A stretch of DNA of 64,000 nt. Origin: Synechococcaceae cyanobacterium ELA739. Lineage in GTDB: Bacteria; Cyanobacteriota; Cyanobacteriia; PCC-6307; Cyanobiaceae. Position numbers and translations under genes: made by a program. The notes beneath the pieces are model-generated. The model was not told the DNA's origin. It saw nothing but the letters and a program-made list of their open reading frames with translations, and ran no database searches. The stretch spans positions 86,579 through 150,578 of the forward strand of contig JBAXXM010000006.1 of the NCBI GenBank assembly GCA_037127935.1, read 5' to 3'. Shown piece after piece: positions 22,087 to 33,089 of the stretch; within the stretch, counting starts at the first letter, position 1, and each line of letters starts with the position of its first letter.

Positions 22087-23253
22087 TCAGGCGCGCACCG
22101 GCAAGCGGAGCCGTTCGAACAGGCGCTCAAAGCGGCAGCTCTCTTCCACCAGGCGGATCGCATAGGTGGCCTTCACCGCCTCATGCAGGCGCACATGGCC
22201 GATGGCCGCCTCAATCACCTCGACGGTGGTCAGGGTGTCGTGATCGACTTTCAGCACGGGCACTTCCAGCTCCTCGGCCCGGTTGATCAGCTGGGGCAGG
22301 GGTTCACCCGCACCGGTCAGGATCAGGCACTGGGTGGAGGCCTCCAGGGCCGCCAGCTGGATGTCGGTGCGATCGGCACCGGTGACGACGGCCATGTTCC
22401 GGCGACGGCGGAAGAACTCCATGGCCGAGTTCACATTCATGGCGCCGATCGAGAGGGTTTCAACCAGCAGATCGGTGCGGTCCTGGCAGCACAGCACCCG
22501 GGCAGCCAGTCGGCGCCCCAGCTCACTGACGGTGACGCTGCGCAGCAGGGGACTGCGGGGCATGATTCCGAACACCGGCAGGCCGAGGCGCTCCAGGGCC
22601 GGTTCCACGTCCTGGCGCAGCTCGACCACCTCCTCGGGAACGACGGCGTTGAGCACCACGCCGGCCAGCAGGTCCCCCAGCTGCTGGCGGGCCTCCAGCA
22701 GGGGATCGACGCTGCGGCTGTCAACCCAGTTGTGCACGAGCACCACGGGGGCCTGCAGGGCCCGGGCCATCTGGGCCAGGCCCAGGCCGAACAGCTGCCC
22801 TTCGCTGAGGGTGCCGGCGGCCTCCAGCAGCACCAGCTGGTCGCTGGCGGCGGCGATGCGCCGCTGCAGTTCGGCGAAGGCCGCCCCGGGAGCCAGCTCG
22901 CCGCTGAGCAGGCGCCGGTGCACGGAGCCGGGTTCCTGCACCTGCAGCGAGGGCAACAGCTGGCTGGCAGGCAGCCCGAGGGTGGCGCCGATGAAGCGCA
23001 CGTCGGCATCGAGGATCCCGGCGCCGTCGGCCCCAGCGCCGCCGTTCGCGGTCGTCTCCGATCCGTCCATGCCGGCCTGGCTGCCGGCGGGATCGGCATC
23101 CGTGTCGTCGAGACAGGTGGCCAGGGGCTTGCCGAACAGAATAGAGACACCCTGGCGATTCAGCTGGTGCGCCAGGCCCAGCACCACCGCTGACTTGCCG
23201 CTGAAGGGTTCGCAGGAGCCGATCAGCAGGGGGGGCTGGGCGGAAGTGGGCAT
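22087..23253 (-). CDS. Phosphotransacetylase-family protein (BioD-like N-terminus + DRTGG domain)
   Basis: GSCEPFSGKS, VVTGADRTDIQLAALE. Confidence 0.88.
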   Translation of the reverse strand: MPTSAQPPLLIGSCEPFSGKSAVVLGLAHQLNRQGVSILFGKPLATCLDDTDADPAGSQAGMDGSETTANGGAGADGAGILDADVRFIGATLGLPASQLLPSLQVQEPGSVHRRLLSGELAPGAAFAELQRRIAAASDQLVLLEAAGTLSEGQLFGLGLAQMARALQAPVVLVHNWVDSRSVDPLLEARQQLGDLLAGVVLNAVVPEEVVELRQDVEPALERLGLPVFGIMPRSPLLRSVTVSELGRRLAARVLCCQDRTDLLVETLSIGAMNVNSAMEFFRRRRNMAVVTGADRTDIQLAALEASTQCLILTGAGEPLPQLINRAEELEVPVLKVDHDTLTTVEVIEAAIGHVRLHEAVKATYAIRLVEESCRFERLFERLRLPVRA

Positions 23254-23317
23254 GGAGCGACCTCGCCGGGGCCTGCGGATTGCCGGCCAATCTAGGCAGG
23301 TTCAATCCCGCAGGCCC

Positions 23318-24109
23318 ATGGTGGAGCAACCCCAGCCGACAATCACGGTGGCCATCACCGGCGCCAGTGGGGCCCTCGGCCAGTCCCTGCTGCGCCAGTG
23401 GCACCGGCGCGGGGCCCGCCTGATCGCCCTGACCCACAGCCCGGCCCCTTTGCTGCTGCGGCAGAGCACGGGGGAGCTGATTCCGCTGGAGCAGGTGCGC
23501 TGGCAGGTGGGCCAGGAGGCCGATCTCCGGCCAACCCTGGAGGTGGTGGATGTGCTGGTGATCAACCACGGCGTCAATCCCCATGGCCAGCGCAGCGCCG
23601 CCGCCACGGGCCAGGCCCTGGAGGTCAACGCGCTCAGCGCCTGGCGGATGCTGGAGCTGTTCGCCGAGCTGGTGCAGCAGCGCCAGTCGCAGGCCCCAGC
23701 AGCTGGCGATGGGACTGGCACCGTCCCTGGGGGGGGCGGAGGACGCTCAATCGCAGACGCCCGGCCCCGGGCGGAGGTCTGGCTCAACACCTCGGAGGCG
23801 GAGATCCAGCCCGCCGTCAGCCCCCTCTATGAGCTCAGCAAGCGGTTGATCGGCCAGCTGCTGAGCCTGCGGGCCCTGGATCTGGCCGGCACGCTGCGGC
23901 TGCGGCGGCTGGTGCTGGGGCCGTTCCGCTCGGCCCTCAATCCGATCGGCGTGATGACGGCTGACTGGGTGGCCGGCCAGGTGCTCCGGCAGGCCTTGGA
24001 CTGGAACTGCTCGCTGGTGATCGTCACCCCGAACCCCCTCACCTACGTGCTGATGCCGCTGACCACCCTGAGCCGCTGGGCCTATTTCCGGCTGACGACG
24101 CGCCCCTGA
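23318..24109 (+). CDS. SDR-family oxidoreductase
   Basis: ITGASGALG, VLVINHG, YELSK (YxxxK). Confidence 0.85.
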   Translation: MVEQPQPTITVAITGASGALGQSLLRQWHRRGARLIALTHSPAPLLLRQSTGELIPLEQVRWQVGQEADLRPTLEVVDVLVINHGVNPHGQRSAAATGQALEVNALSAWRMLELFAELVQQRQSQAPAAGDGTGTVPGGGGGRSIADARPRAEVWLNTSEAEIQPAVSPLYELSKRLIGQLLSLRALDLAGTLRLRRLVLGPFRSALNPIGVMTADWVAGQVLRQALDWNCSLVIVTPNPLTYVLMPLTTLSRWAYFRLTTRP

Positions 24110-24124
24110 TCGGCGATCCCGGAT

Positions 24125-24985
24125 TCAGAAATCCCGATCGGTGAGGATCTCGCAGCCATCGCTGGTGACCACGATCGTGTGCTCCCACTGGGCCGAGAGG
24201 GAGCCGTCCATCGTCACGACGGTCCAGCGGTCCTTGAGGGTGCGGCAGGCCTTGCTGCCGGCATTGAGGATCGGTTCCACCGCCAGGGTCATGCCGGCCC
24301 GCAGGGCCATGTTGGGCAGGTCGCGGGTGCGGAAGTTGAACACCGAAGGCTCTTCGTGCAGGTTGCGGCCGACGCCGTGGCCCGTGTAGTCCTCGACCAC
24401 GGCGTAGCCATGGGCCTCCACGTGGTCCTGCACGGCCCCGGCCAGCTCCAGCAGGGTGCTGCCGGCCCGAATGGTCGCCAGACCCTTCATCAGCGATTCC
24501 TGGGCCACCCGACTGAGGCGGTGGGCCTCGTCGCTGGCTCCGGCGCCCACGGGAATGGTGACGCAGCTGTCGCCGTGATACCCCTCGAAGTAGGCGCCGG
24601 TGTCGATCTTGACCAGGTCTCCGTCGCGGATCACCTGGCGATCGCTGGGGATGCCGTGCACCACCTGGTCATTGATGCTGGCGCAGATGCTGGCCGGAAA
24701 GCCGTGGTACCCCTTGAAGCTGGGGGTGGCGCCCATCTCGCGGATGCGTCGCTCGGCGTGGCGGTCCAGGTCAGCGGTGCTCATCCCCGGCGCGGCGATC
24801 TCGATGATTTCCCGCAGCACCGTGGCGACGATGCGGCTGGCCTGCCGCATGATCTCGATTTCGCGGGCGGATTTGACCTCGACGCCGCGACGGCCCTTCT
24901 GAATCCGGGGTCCGGTCTGGGTGACCACGCCGCTGGCGCCCTGTCCTGACTGGGCATGGGCCAGCAGATCGGCAAAAAGATTCAT
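24125..24985 (-). CDS. map: Type I methionine aminopeptidase
   Basis: [42 protein letters not shown]. Confidence 0.96.
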   Translation of the reverse strand: MNLFADLLAHAQSGQGASGVVTQTGPRIQKGRRGVEVKSAREIEIMRQASRIVATVLREIIEIAAPGMSTADLDRHAERRIREMGATPSFKGYHGFPASICASINDQVVHGIPSDRQVIRDGDLVKIDTGAYFEGYHGDSCVTIPVGAGASDEAHRLSRVAQESLMKGLATIRAGSTLLELAGAVQDHVEAHGYAVVEDYTGHGVGRNLHEEPSVFNFRTRDLPNMALRAGMTLAVEPILNAGSKACRTLKDRWTVVTMDGSLSAQWEHTIVVTSDGCEILTDRDF

Positions 24986-25061
24986 GCGGCGGGCGCTGGG
25001 GGGAAGTTGGGTCGGCCAGATTCAAGTTATCAATGGCGTCACCCCGGTTGTCGTCTCCGCC

Positions 25062-25394
25062 GTGTCCCCCGAGTCCTCCCCAGTTGCGGCCCAGCCCCTG
25101 GCCGCCAGGCTGCGGCAGGCGCACGCCAGCCTGGCCCCCTTCGTGCTGGCCCCCCTGCTGCTGACGGTGATCAGTGGGGTCAGCTACCGGCTGCTGCGGG
25201 ACTGGGCAGGCCTGGACAGGGATCAGGCCCACCTGTTGATGGTGCTGCACGAGGGGGAATGGCTGCGGGGCTGGTTCGGGCCCAACGGCGAAACCCTGTA
25301 TGTGCTCTTCAACGGCCTCGGTCTGCTGTGGATGCTGGTCAGTGGGGCCTCGATGGCCTGGCAGCGGCTTCAACGCCAATGGCGGCGGCGCTGA
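25062..25394 (+). CDS. Small membrane protein (PepSY-TM-like)
   Basis: [28 protein letters not shown]; two TM segments. Confidence 0.7.
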   Translation: MSPESSPVAAQPLAARLRQAHASLAPFVLAPLLLTVISGVSYRLLRDWAGLDRDQAHLLMVLHEGEWLRGWFGPNGETLYVLFNGLGLLWMLVSGASMAWQRLQRQWRRR

Positions 25395-25453
25395 GGAGGG
25401 GGGTCACCCAAGCCGGTACACTGGTGGTTTGGCCAGGCGTCGCGGAACTCGGG

Positions 25454-25933
25454 ATGGCAGCGGAAACAACAGAGCAGAACATGTCCGAGCAGGACAGCCC
25501 AGTGCTGGAGAGCGATCCCCAGGCTGCGGTCGAGCAGGTCAGCGCCGCTCCGGCGGTGAGTGTCACCACCGGCAAGCTGTGCGCCCACGACTTGATCAAG
25601 GCGTTTGAAGCCGAGCAGCTCAAAAATGATCTGCCGGAGATCTACGTCGGCGACACCGTCCGGGTTGGGGTGCGCATCCGCGAGGGCAACAAGGAGCGGG
25701 TGCAGCCCTATGAGGGGGTCGTGATCGCCAAGCGTCACGGCGGCCTCAACGAGACCATCACCGTGCGCCGCATCTTCCAGGGCATCGGCGTTGAGCGGGT
25801 GTTCATGCTGCACAGCCCCCAGGTCGCTTCCGTCAAAGTGGAGCGGCGCGGTAAGGTGCGCCGGGCGAAGCTCTTCTACCTTCGTGACCGGGTGGGTAAG
25901 GCCACTCGGGTCAAGCAGCGGTTCGATCGCTGA
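25454..25933 (+). CDS. rplS: 50S ribosomal protein L19
   Basis: [34 protein letters not shown]. Confidence 0.98.
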   Translation: MAAETTEQNMSEQDSPVLESDPQAAVEQVSAAPAVSVTTGKLCAHDLIKAFEAEQLKNDLPEIYVGDTVRVGVRIREGNKERVQPYEGVVIAKRHGGLNETITVRRIFQGIGVERVFMLHSPQVASVKVERRGKVRRAKLFYLRDRVGKATRVKQRFDR

Positions 25934-26022
25934 CTTGAACGTCGAAGCCACGGCTCATTTGTCGGTTCCCCAGGAACTTCCACGCTTGAGCCGTGCCCCT
26001 ATGTCCCTGGGGCCATCGCCTT

Positions 26023-26095
26023 GCGCCGTTAGTTCAGTTGGTAGAACGCAGGTCTCCAAAACCTGATGTCGGGGGTTCAAGTCCTCCACGGCGCG
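26023..26095 (+). tRNA. trnW: tRNA-Trp(CCA)
   Basis: Acceptor GCGCCGT/ACGGCGC; anticodon arm CAGGT-CTCCAAA-ACCTG; GTTCAAG T-loop. Confidence 0.97.
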
Positions 26096-26130
26096 TTCGA
26101 TGGTCTCAATTGCAATTTTTGCTTCCGAAC

Positions 26131-26319
26131 ATGGAGTTGGATCTACAGCCCGGTGACGTCGTGAAGGTGCTGGAATCCGCGGCCCTTGGCTGGGTGCGGG
26201 CCCGGGTGATCCGGGTCAAATCCGGTGGCCGGGTGGTTGTCCAGAGCGATCAGGGTCGGGAGTTCACCGCCCGCGGTAATCAGGTGCGCTTGATTGAGCC
26301 CGCCGGTTTCCGTCCTTAG
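26131..26319 (+). CDS. Small conserved hypothetical protein (SH3/KOW-like beta fold suggested)
   Basis: 62 aa MELDLQPGDVVKVLESAALGWVRARVIRVKSGGRVVVQSDQG. Confidence 0.75.
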   Translation: MELDLQPGDVVKVLESAALGWVRARVIRVKSGGRVVVQSDQGREFTARGNQVRLIEPAGFRP

Positions 26320-26389
26320 TTCAGGGCTGTAAGCCTGCGTCGGAACCCCCGCACGAAATTTCGATCTGCTTTGCCGCCGATCGCAACCT

Positions 26390-26423
26390 GCTCACCTGGT
26401 TCTTCGGAACAGGTGAGCTTTTG
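26390..26423 (+). terminator. Rho-independent terminator with UUCG tetraloop
   Basis: GCTCACCT-G-GTTC-TTCG-GAAC-AGGTGAGC followed by TTTTT. Confidence 0.75.
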
Positions 26424-26485
26424 CTTGGGATCTTCAGTGCCAGCAAGGCCCCTGGCCGGCCGGTTCAACGAACGGTCCCGCCCCG

Positions 26486-26515
26486 TTGACGGGGGGACAC
26501 GTCGCGTTGGATACT
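26486..26515 (+). promoter_or_regulatory. Sigma70-like promoter for trnD-gltX
   Basis: TTGACG - 18 nt - GATACT about 70 nt upstream of tRNA-Asp. Confidence 0.5.
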
Positions 26516-26587
26516 TCATGAGTCGGCGGCTTACGCCTTCACGTCCGTGCCTTCGGCCCGGTGGGTTCGACCTTTACAGGTTGGCCT

Positions 26588-26661
26588 GGGACTGTAGTTC
26601 AATCGGTTAGAGCACCGCCCTGTCACGGCGGAAGTTGCGGGTTCGAGCCCCGTCAGTCCCG
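26588..26661 (+). tRNA. trnD: tRNA-Asp(GTC)
   Basis: GGGACTG/CAGTCCC acceptor; CCGCC-CTGTCAC-GGCGG anticodon arm; GTTCGAG T-loop. Confidence 0.97.
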
Positions 26662-26686
26662 TTCAGATCACCAAGGAGCAAGCAAG

Positions 26687-28147
26687 ATGGCCGTCGCCGA
26701 TTCGGTGCGTGTCCGTCTCGCGCCCAGCCCCACTGGCACCCTGCACATCGGCACGGCGCGTACGGCGGTTTTCAACTGGTTGTTCGCCCGCCATCTGGGT
26801 GGCAGCTTTTTGCTGCGCATCGAAGACACCGACCGTGAGCGCTCCAAGCCCGAATTCACCGCCAACATCCTGGAGGGGCTCCACTGGCTTGGTCTGGACT
26901 GGGATGGGGAGCCGGTCATCCAGAGCGAGCGCATTGAGGCCCACCGGGCCGCCATTGGCCAGCTGCTGGCCAGTGGCCACGCCTATCGCTGCTATGCCTC
27001 GGAAGCGGAACTGACCGCCATGCGCGAGTTGCAGCAGGCCGAGAACCGGGCCCCGCGCTACGACAACCGCCATCGCGACCTGAGCCCCGAGCAGGAGCAG
27101 GCCTACATCGCCGAGGGGCGCCAGGCGGTGATCCGCTTCCGCATCGATGACAATGCCGTGATCACCTGGAACGATCTGGTGCGCGGCGAGATGCGCTGGG
27201 CCGGCAGCGATCTGGGCGGTGACATGGTGATCGCCCGTCGGGCCGCCGCCGATCAGATCGGCGATCCCCTCTACAACCTGGTGGTGGTGGTCGATGACGC
27301 CGCCATGGCGATCAGCCATGTGATCCGCGGCGAGGACCACATCGCCAACACCGCCAAACAACTGCTGCTCTACGGGGCCCTCGGCCACACCCCGCCCGTC
27401 TTCGCCCACACGCCGCTGATCCTCAACCAGGAGGGCAAGAAGCTCTCCAAGCGCGATGGCGTCACCTCGATCAGCGATTTCCAGGCCATGGGCTACAGCG
27501 CCGAGGCCCTGGTCAACTACATGACCCTGCTGGGCTGGTCCCCGCCGGAGGGCATGGGCGAGCGCTTCAGCCTGGAGCAGGCCGCCGCGGTCTTTGATTT
27601 CTCTCGGGTCAACCGGGCCGGAGCCCGTTTCGACTGGGACAAGCTCAACTGGCTGAACGGCCAGGTGCTGCATGGCCTCGGGGCTGAACCCCTGCGGCAG
27701 CAGCTGCTGCCCCTCTGGGCTGCCCAGGGCTGGGGCGCTGAAGGCGCCTGTGCCGATGCGGATTGGCAGCGCCAGCTCTGTGAGCTGCTGGCCCCCTCCC
27801 TGACCCTGCTGGCCGATGGGGTTGCCCAGGCCGCCCCCTTCTTCACCAGGCCCGAGGCCGATGCCGCCGCCCTGGCCCAGTTGCAGAGCGACGGCGCCCG
27901 TCCCGCTCTGGCCGCCCTGCTGGCCCTGTTGCCCCCAGCCAGCGAGGCGATCAGCCCCGAACGGGCCCAGGAGCTGTTGGCCCAGGCGGCCAGCGATGCC
28001 GCCGTCAAGAAGGGCGTGCTGATGAAGAGCCTGCGGGCCGCCCTCTTGGGCAGCCTCCAGGGCCCGGATCTGGTCAGCACCTGGCGGCTGTTGCATGGCA
28101 GCGGTGAAGACCGCCTGCGGCTTCAGTCGTCGTCCACCGTGCCGTAG
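26687..28147 (+). CDS. gltX: Glutamate-tRNA ligase
   Basis: [11 protein letters not shown] (HIGH), [14 protein letters not shown] (KMSKS). Confidence 0.97.
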   Translation: MAVADSVRVRLAPSPTGTLHIGTARTAVFNWLFARHLGGSFLLRIEDTDRERSKPEFTANILEGLHWLGLDWDGEPVIQSERIEAHRAAIGQLLASGHAYRCYASEAELTAMRELQQAENRAPRYDNRHRDLSPEQEQAYIAEGRQAVIRFRIDDNAVITWNDLVRGEMRWAGSDLGGDMVIARRAAADQIGDPLYNLVVVVDDAAMAISHVIRGEDHIANTAKQLLLYGALGHTPPVFAHTPLILNQEGKKLSKRDGVTSISDFQAMGYSAEALVNYMTLLGWSPPEGMGERFSLEQAAAVFDFSRVNRAGARFDWDKLNWLNGQVLHGLGAEPLRQQLLPLWAAQGWGAEGACADADWQRQLCELLAPSLTLLADGVAQAAPFFTRPEADAAALAQLQSDGARPALAALLALLPPASEAISPERAQELLAQAASDAAVKKGVLMKSLRAALLGSLQGPDLVSTWRLLHGSGEDRLRLQSSSTVP

Positions 28148-28371
28148 TGGGGTTCCACCCGGATCCCCATGACGCTGCTGGAGCGGATCAGCAGATATTC
28201 GCCCTCCAGCTCGCTGATCGGCACGTTCACAAAGGCATCGGGTGTGGCCGCGGCGTGCAGAACCCCCGTGTACCACTGATGAAAGGCGTCCAGGGTGTTG
28301 AAGTGCACCACCTCCGTGTGGCCGCCGGTCAGAATCAGATAAATCGCGTAGCGACGCGGAATACGGGTCAT
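28123..28371 (-). CDS. Small hypothetical protein (82 aa)
   Basis: [24 protein letters not shown]...; protein-like composition; coupled to upstream DUF1643 ORF. Confidence 0.65.
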   Translation of the reverse strand: MTRIPRRYAIYLILTGGHTEVVHFNTLDAFHQWYTGVLHAAATPDAFVNVPISELEGEYLLIRSSSVMGIRVEPHYGTVDDD

Positions 28372-28961
28372 TGAGGAGCGGCCATGGCGTTTCGCTGCCC
28401 CCAGGATGGCGTAAAGGGCTGGAGCCGGCCTGTCGCCGGCAGATAGAGGGGATGGCGGGGCTGGCCGCCGGCGGTCGCCCCCAGGCACAGGCCGCTGATG
28501 TTGTACTGCTCCAGCAACGCCAGCAGCTGTCGATCCCGGCCCCGCCAGCTGCCGCCACGGCCCCAGCCCAGCCAGACGTCCCCTGCCAGCCCCGCTCCCG
28601 CCAGCTCCCGCAGGCGCCAGCGGATCCAGGCGTCGGTGTCCGCCCCCACCGGATCACGGCAACGGCGCAGGGCCGCCGGATCGGCCGCCACCCGCGAGAA
28701 CAGATTCAGCACCTCCAGGCTGCCGTAGCCCCAGCCCGTGGCGAAGCGCACCAGCCGCCGCAGGGTCGGATCGTCCCGCTGGCCATCGGCGCGGGAGGGA
28801 TTCAGCCCCAGGAACAGCAGCGGTGGCGCGCCCGACTGCCACTGCCGCCGCAGCCACCAGCGGTAGCGGCCGCAGGGGCTGAACACGGCGGCGCCGCCGC
28901 TGGCGCCGGCCTTCTCTGGCAGGCTGTGCCGATCGCAGAGGCTGAGGCGCAGCGGATCCAT
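28368..28961 (-). CDS. DUF1643-family protein
   Basis: CGRYRWWLRRQW, LGLNPSRAD, DDPTLRR, LNLF, PRHPLY. Confidence 0.85.
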   Translation of the reverse strand: MDPLRLSLCDRHSLPEKAGASGGAAVFSPCGRYRWWLRRQWQSGAPPLLFLGLNPSRADGQRDDPTLRRLVRFATGWGYGSLEVLNLFSRVAADPAALRRCRDPVGADTDAWIRWRLRELAGAGLAGDVWLGWGRGGSWRGRDRQLLALLEQYNISGLCLGATAGGQPRHPLYLPATGRLQPFTPSWGQRNAMAAPQ

Positions 28962-31900
28962 GGCGGAGGAAAGGCCCCTGTTGCTGTTGGTGGATGGCCA
29001 TTCCCTGGCCTTCCGCAGTTTCTACGCCTTCGCCAAGGGCGGTGACGGCGGCCTCAGCACCAAGGACGGGGTGCCCACCAGCGTCACCTACGGCTTCCTC
29101 AAGGCCCTGCTGGAGAACTGCAAGGGCCTCTGCCCCCAGGGCGTGGTGATCGCCTTTGACACGGCCGAGCCCACCTTCCGGCATATCGAGGACGCCAACT
29201 ACAAGGCGCACCGGGATGAGGCGCCGGAGCACTTCTTTGAGGATCTGCGCAACCTGCAGTCGATCCTGGCGGAAGCGCTCGATCTGCCCCTCTGCCTGGC
29301 CCCGGGCTTCGAGGCCGACGACGTGCTCGGCACCCTGGCCAACCGGGCCGCCGGCGAGGGTTGGCGGGTGCGCATCCTCTCGGGGGATCGGGACCTGTTC
29401 CAGCTGGTCGACGACGAGCGCGACATCGCCGTGCTGTACATGGGTGGCGGCCCCTACGCCAAGAATTCCGGGCCGACGGAAGTGCGCCGGGACGAGGTGA
29501 TCGCCCGGCTGGGGGTGCCGCCGGAAGACGTGATCGATCTCAAGGCCCTCACCGGTGACAGCTCCGACAACATTCCCGGGGTCAAGGGGGTCGGGCCCAA
29601 GACCGCCATCACCCTGCTCAAGGCCCACGGCGATCTGGACGGTGTCTACGCCGCCCTTGATCAGGTGAAGGGCGCCCTCAAGGGCAAGCTCGAAAACGAC
29701 CGCGACAACGCCTATCTCTCGCGCAAGCTGGCCCGGATCCTGGTGGAGATCCCCCTGCCGAGCGAGCCGCGCCTGGCCCTGGGCCGTGTCAAGGCCGAGG
29801 CCCTGGGCGAGCGGCTGCAGGAGCTGGAGCTGTTCAGTCTGGCCCGGCAGGTGGAGGGCTTCGCCCGCACCTTCTCGGCCCCACCGCCAGCTGGAGAGGC
29901 CGCCGCTGATGGGTCGGCCCCAGCTGCCGCAGACGGGGCAGCCCCGGAGACAGCGACTGCGGCGGGCGCCGGCGGCTCCAGGGCCAAGGGGGCCAGGGCC
30001 AAAGCGGCCAGCACAGCGGGCTCGGGCGGGGCCGTGGCTACGACCCGCGGCAACCTTGGCCCGGCCGCGGCTGAGGCCGCTGGCGACTCCGGAGCAGGCG
30101 GTGCCGCTCTACCACCTTTGGAGCCCCAGATCATCGCGGAGACGGCCCAGCTGCAGGCCCTGGTCGAGCGGCTGATGGGCTGCACCGACGCCGACGCCCC
30201 GGTGGCCCTCGACACCGAAACCACCGATCTCAATCCGTTCAAAGCCGAACTGGTGGGCATCGGTGTGGCCTGGGGCGACGGCCCCGCCGATCTCGCTTAC
30301 ATCCCGATCGGCCATCGCCCCCAGGCCGCCGCCGACCTGCTCTCGGAGCCGCCGCCGCCCCCCCTTCAGCTGCCGTTGGAGCAGGTGCTCACGGCCCTGG
30401 CCCCCTGGCTGGCCAGCGACGCCCACCCCAAGACCCTGCAGAACGCCAAATACGACCGGCTGATCCTGCTGCGCCACGGCCTGCCCCTGCTCGGGGTGGG
30501 GATGGACACGATGCTGGCCGACTACATCCGCGATGGCGGCGACAAGCACGGCCTCGACGCCATGGCCGAGCGCTGGTTCGGCTTCACGCCCACGACCTTC
30601 AGCGACCTGGTGCCCAAGGGGGGCAGCTTCGCCGATGTCTCGGTGGAGGCCGCCGCCCTCTATTGCGGCATGGATGTCCATCTCACCGTTCGTTTGACCG
30701 CGCTGTTGCGCCGGCAGCTCGCGGAGCTCGGTCCGGCCCTGCTGCCCCTGCTGGAGCAGGTGGAGCTGCCGCTGGAGCCGGTGCTGGCGGCGATGGAGGC
30801 CGCCGGCATCCGCATCGACATCCCCTATCTGCAGGAGCTGAGCCAGGAGCTGGCTTCCACCCTGCAGCGCCTCGATGGGGAGGCCAAGCAGGCGGCGGGG
30901 GTGGACTTCAACCTGGCTTCGCCCAAGCAGCTGGGGGAACTGCTGTTTGAAACCCTGGGGCTGGATCGCAAGAAATCGCGCAAGACCAAGACCGGCTGGA
31001 GCACCGATGCGGCCGTGCTCGAAAAGCTCGATGGCGACCATCCGGTGGTGCCGCTGGTGCTGGAGCACCGCACCCTCAGCAAACTGCGCAGCACCTATGT
31101 CGAGGCCTTGCCGGCCCTGGTGGAGCCGGAAACCGGCCGGGTTCATACCGATTTCAACCAGGCCGTCACCGCCACCGGCCGGCTGTCGAGCAGCAATCCC
31201 AACCTGCAGAACATCCCGATCCGCACCGAGTTCAGCCGCCGCATCCGCAAGGCCTTCCTGCCCCAGGCGGGCTGGCAGCTGATCAGCGCCGACTACTCCC
31301 AGATCGAGCTGCGCATCCTCACCCATCTCTCCGGGGAGCCGGTGCTGGTGGAGGCTTACAACAGCGGCGACGACGTCCATGCGCTGACGGCGCGCTTGCT
31401 GTTGGAGAAGGAGGAGGTGAGCGCGGCGGAACGGCGCCTGGGCAAGACGATCAACTTCGGCGTCATCTATGGCATGGGGGCCCAGCGCTTCGCCCGCGAA
31501 ACCGGCCTCGGCCAGGCCCAGGCCAAGGAGTTCCTCAGCAAGTACAAGCAGCGCTATCCGCGGGTGTTCTCCTATCTGGAGCTGCAGGAGCGCCTGGCCC
31601 TCAGCCGCGGCTACGTCGAGACGATCCTGGGGCGGCGCCGCACCTTTCACTTTGATCCGGGCGGCCTGGGGAGATTGCTGGGCAAGGATCCCCTGGACAT
31701 CGACCTGGAGGCGGCCCGCCGCGCCGGCATGGAGGGGCAGCAACTGCGGGCCGCCGCCAATGCGCCGATTCAGGGCTCCAGTGCCGACATCATCAAGCTG
31801 GCGATGGTGCAGCTGCACCAGGCGCTGTTGGCGCAACATCTGCCGGCTCGGCTGCTGCTGCAGGTGCACGACGAACTGGTGCTCGAAGCCGAGCCGGAGG

Positions 31901-32013
31901 TCCTCGAGCAGACCCTCGCCCTCACCCGTCAGATCATGGAGGCTGCCGTGCAACTGGCGGTGCCGCTGCTGGTGGAGACCGGCGTGGGACCGAACTGGAT
32001 GGAGGCCAAATGA
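28960..32013 (+). CDS. polA: DNA polymerase I
   Basis: LVDGHSLAFRS 5'-3' exonuclease; DTET; SADYSQIELR, KTINFGVIYG, QVHDEL. Confidence 0.98.
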   Translation: MAEERPLLLLVDGHSLAFRSFYAFAKGGDGGLSTKDGVPTSVTYGFLKALLENCKGLCPQGVVIAFDTAEPTFRHIEDANYKAHRDEAPEHFFEDLRNLQSILAEALDLPLCLAPGFEADDVLGTLANRAAGEGWRVRILSGDRDLFQLVDDERDIAVLYMGGGPYAKNSGPTEVRRDEVIARLGVPPEDVIDLKALTGDSSDNIPGVKGVGPKTAITLLKAHGDLDGVYAALDQVKGALKGKLENDRDNAYLSRKLARILVEIPLPSEPRLALGRVKAEALGERLQELELFSLARQVEGFARTFSAPPPAGEAAADGSAPAAADGAAPETATAAGAGGSRAKGARAKAASTAGSGGAVATTRGNLGPAAAEAAGDSGAGGAALPPLEPQIIAETAQLQALVERLMGCTDADAPVALDTETTDLNPFKAELVGIGVAWGDGPADLAYIPIGHRPQAAADLLSEPPPPPLQLPLEQVLTALAPWLASDAHPKTLQNAKYDRLILLRHGLPLLGVGMDTMLADYIRDGGDKHGLDAMAERWFGFTPTTFSDLVPKGGSFADVSVEAAALYCGMDVHLTVRLTALLRRQLAELGPALLPLLEQVELPLEPVLAAMEAAGIRIDIPYLQELSQELASTLQRLDGEAKQAAGVDFNLASPKQLGELLFETLGLDRKKSRKTKTGWSTDAAVLEKLDGDHPVVPLVLEHRTLSKLRSTYVEALPALVEPETGRVHTDFNQAVTATGRLSSSNPNLQNIPIRTEFSRRIRKAFLPQAGWQLISADYSQIELRILTHLSGEPVLVEAYNSGDDVHALTARLLLEKEEVSAAERRLGKTINFGVIYGMGAQRFARETGLGQAQAKEFLSKYKQRYPRVFSYLELQERLALSRGYVETILGRRRTFHFDPGGLGRLLGKDPLDIDLEAARRAGMEGQQLRAAANAPIQGSSADIIKLAMVQLHQALLAQHLPARLLLQVHDELVLEAEPEVLEQTLALTRQIMEAAVQLAVPLLVETGVGPNWMEAK

Positions 32014-32187
32014 ATGGACGCCCCAGGGTGAACCTCCAGGCAGGCCATGGCCAGCAAGGCGAGCCGATCGGCATGGCCAAGCAGGCACAGCAGCGTGCTG
32101 GCCAAGAAACGCAGGAATGATCTCAATCGGAGTGAGAGACTGACTGTCAACGTGCGGTCTCCCCAGCCCATCGTGATCCTCGAAACC

Positions 32188-33087
32188 GTGGCCACCAGTG
32201 AGCGAAGGGGCATCATCCTGGCCGGAGGCAACGGCACCCGGCTGGCTCCCCTGACCGGCGCCATCAGCAAGCAGCTGATGCCTGTCTATGACAAGCCGAT
32301 GATCTACTACCCCCTCTGCACCTTGATGCTGGCGGGGATTCGCGAGGTGCTGATCATCACCACCCCAGGCGATCAGAGCGCCTTCCAGCGCCTGCTCGGC
32401 GATGGTTCCGCCTGGGGCATGTCGATTGCGTACGCCGTTCAGCCGAGCCCCGATGGTCTGGCCCAGGCCTTCCTGATCGGCGCCGAGTTTCTAGGCGGCC
32501 GGGCCGCCGCCCTGGTGCTCGGCGACAACCTGTTCCACGGCCATGACCTGGTGCCCCAGCTGCAGGCCAGCAATGGCCCCGCCAGCGGCGCCACCGTGTT
32601 CGGCTATCCGGTTCGCGATCCGGAGCGCTATGGCGTCGTCCAGTTCGATGACCAGGGCCGGGTGATCAGCCTCGAGGAGAAGCCCAGCAAGCCCCGGTCG
32701 CGCTATGCGGTCACCGGGCTCTATTTCTATGACGAAACCGTGGTCGAGCGGGCCCGCCAGGTGCGCCCTTCCCAGCGGGGCGAACTGGAGATCACCGACC
32801 TCAACCTTCTCTATCTCGACGATGGCCTGTTGCGGGTGCAACTGATGGGTCGCGGCATGGCCTGGCTCGACACCGGCACCCCGGATTCGCTGCATGAGGC
32901 GGCCAGCTACATCCGCACCCTGGAGCATCGTCAGGGCCTGAAGGTGGGTTGCCCGGAGGAGGTGGCCTGGCGGCTGGGCTGGATCGATGACGGCCAACTG
33001 GAGCAGCTGGCCCAGCCCCTGCGCAAGAGCGGCTATGGCTCCTATCTGCTGCAGCTGCTCAGCGAAAACGGCGGGATCGTCAGCTGA
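32188..33087 (+). CDS. rfbA: Glucose-1-phosphate thymidylyltransferase
   Basis: [42 protein letters not shown]. Confidence 0.96.
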   Translation: MATSERRGIILAGGNGTRLAPLTGAISKQLMPVYDKPMIYYPLCTLMLAGIREVLIITTPGDQSAFQRLLGDGSAWGMSIAYAVQPSPDGLAQAFLIGAEFLGGRAAALVLGDNLFHGHDLVPQLQASNGPASGATVFGYPVRDPERYGVVQFDDQGRVISLEEKPSKPRSRYAVTGLYFYDETVVERARQVRPSQRGELEITDLNLLYLDDGLLRVQLMGRGMAWLDTGTPDSLHEAASYIRTLEHRQGLKVGCPEEVAWRLGWIDDGQLEQLAQPLRKSGYGSYLLQLLSENGGIVS

Positions 33088-33089
33088 CC

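Noticed and set aside
26023-26661. tRNA genes as integration sites
   Set aside because: No integrase nearby and no duplicated tRNA 3' end noticed; flanking genes are core
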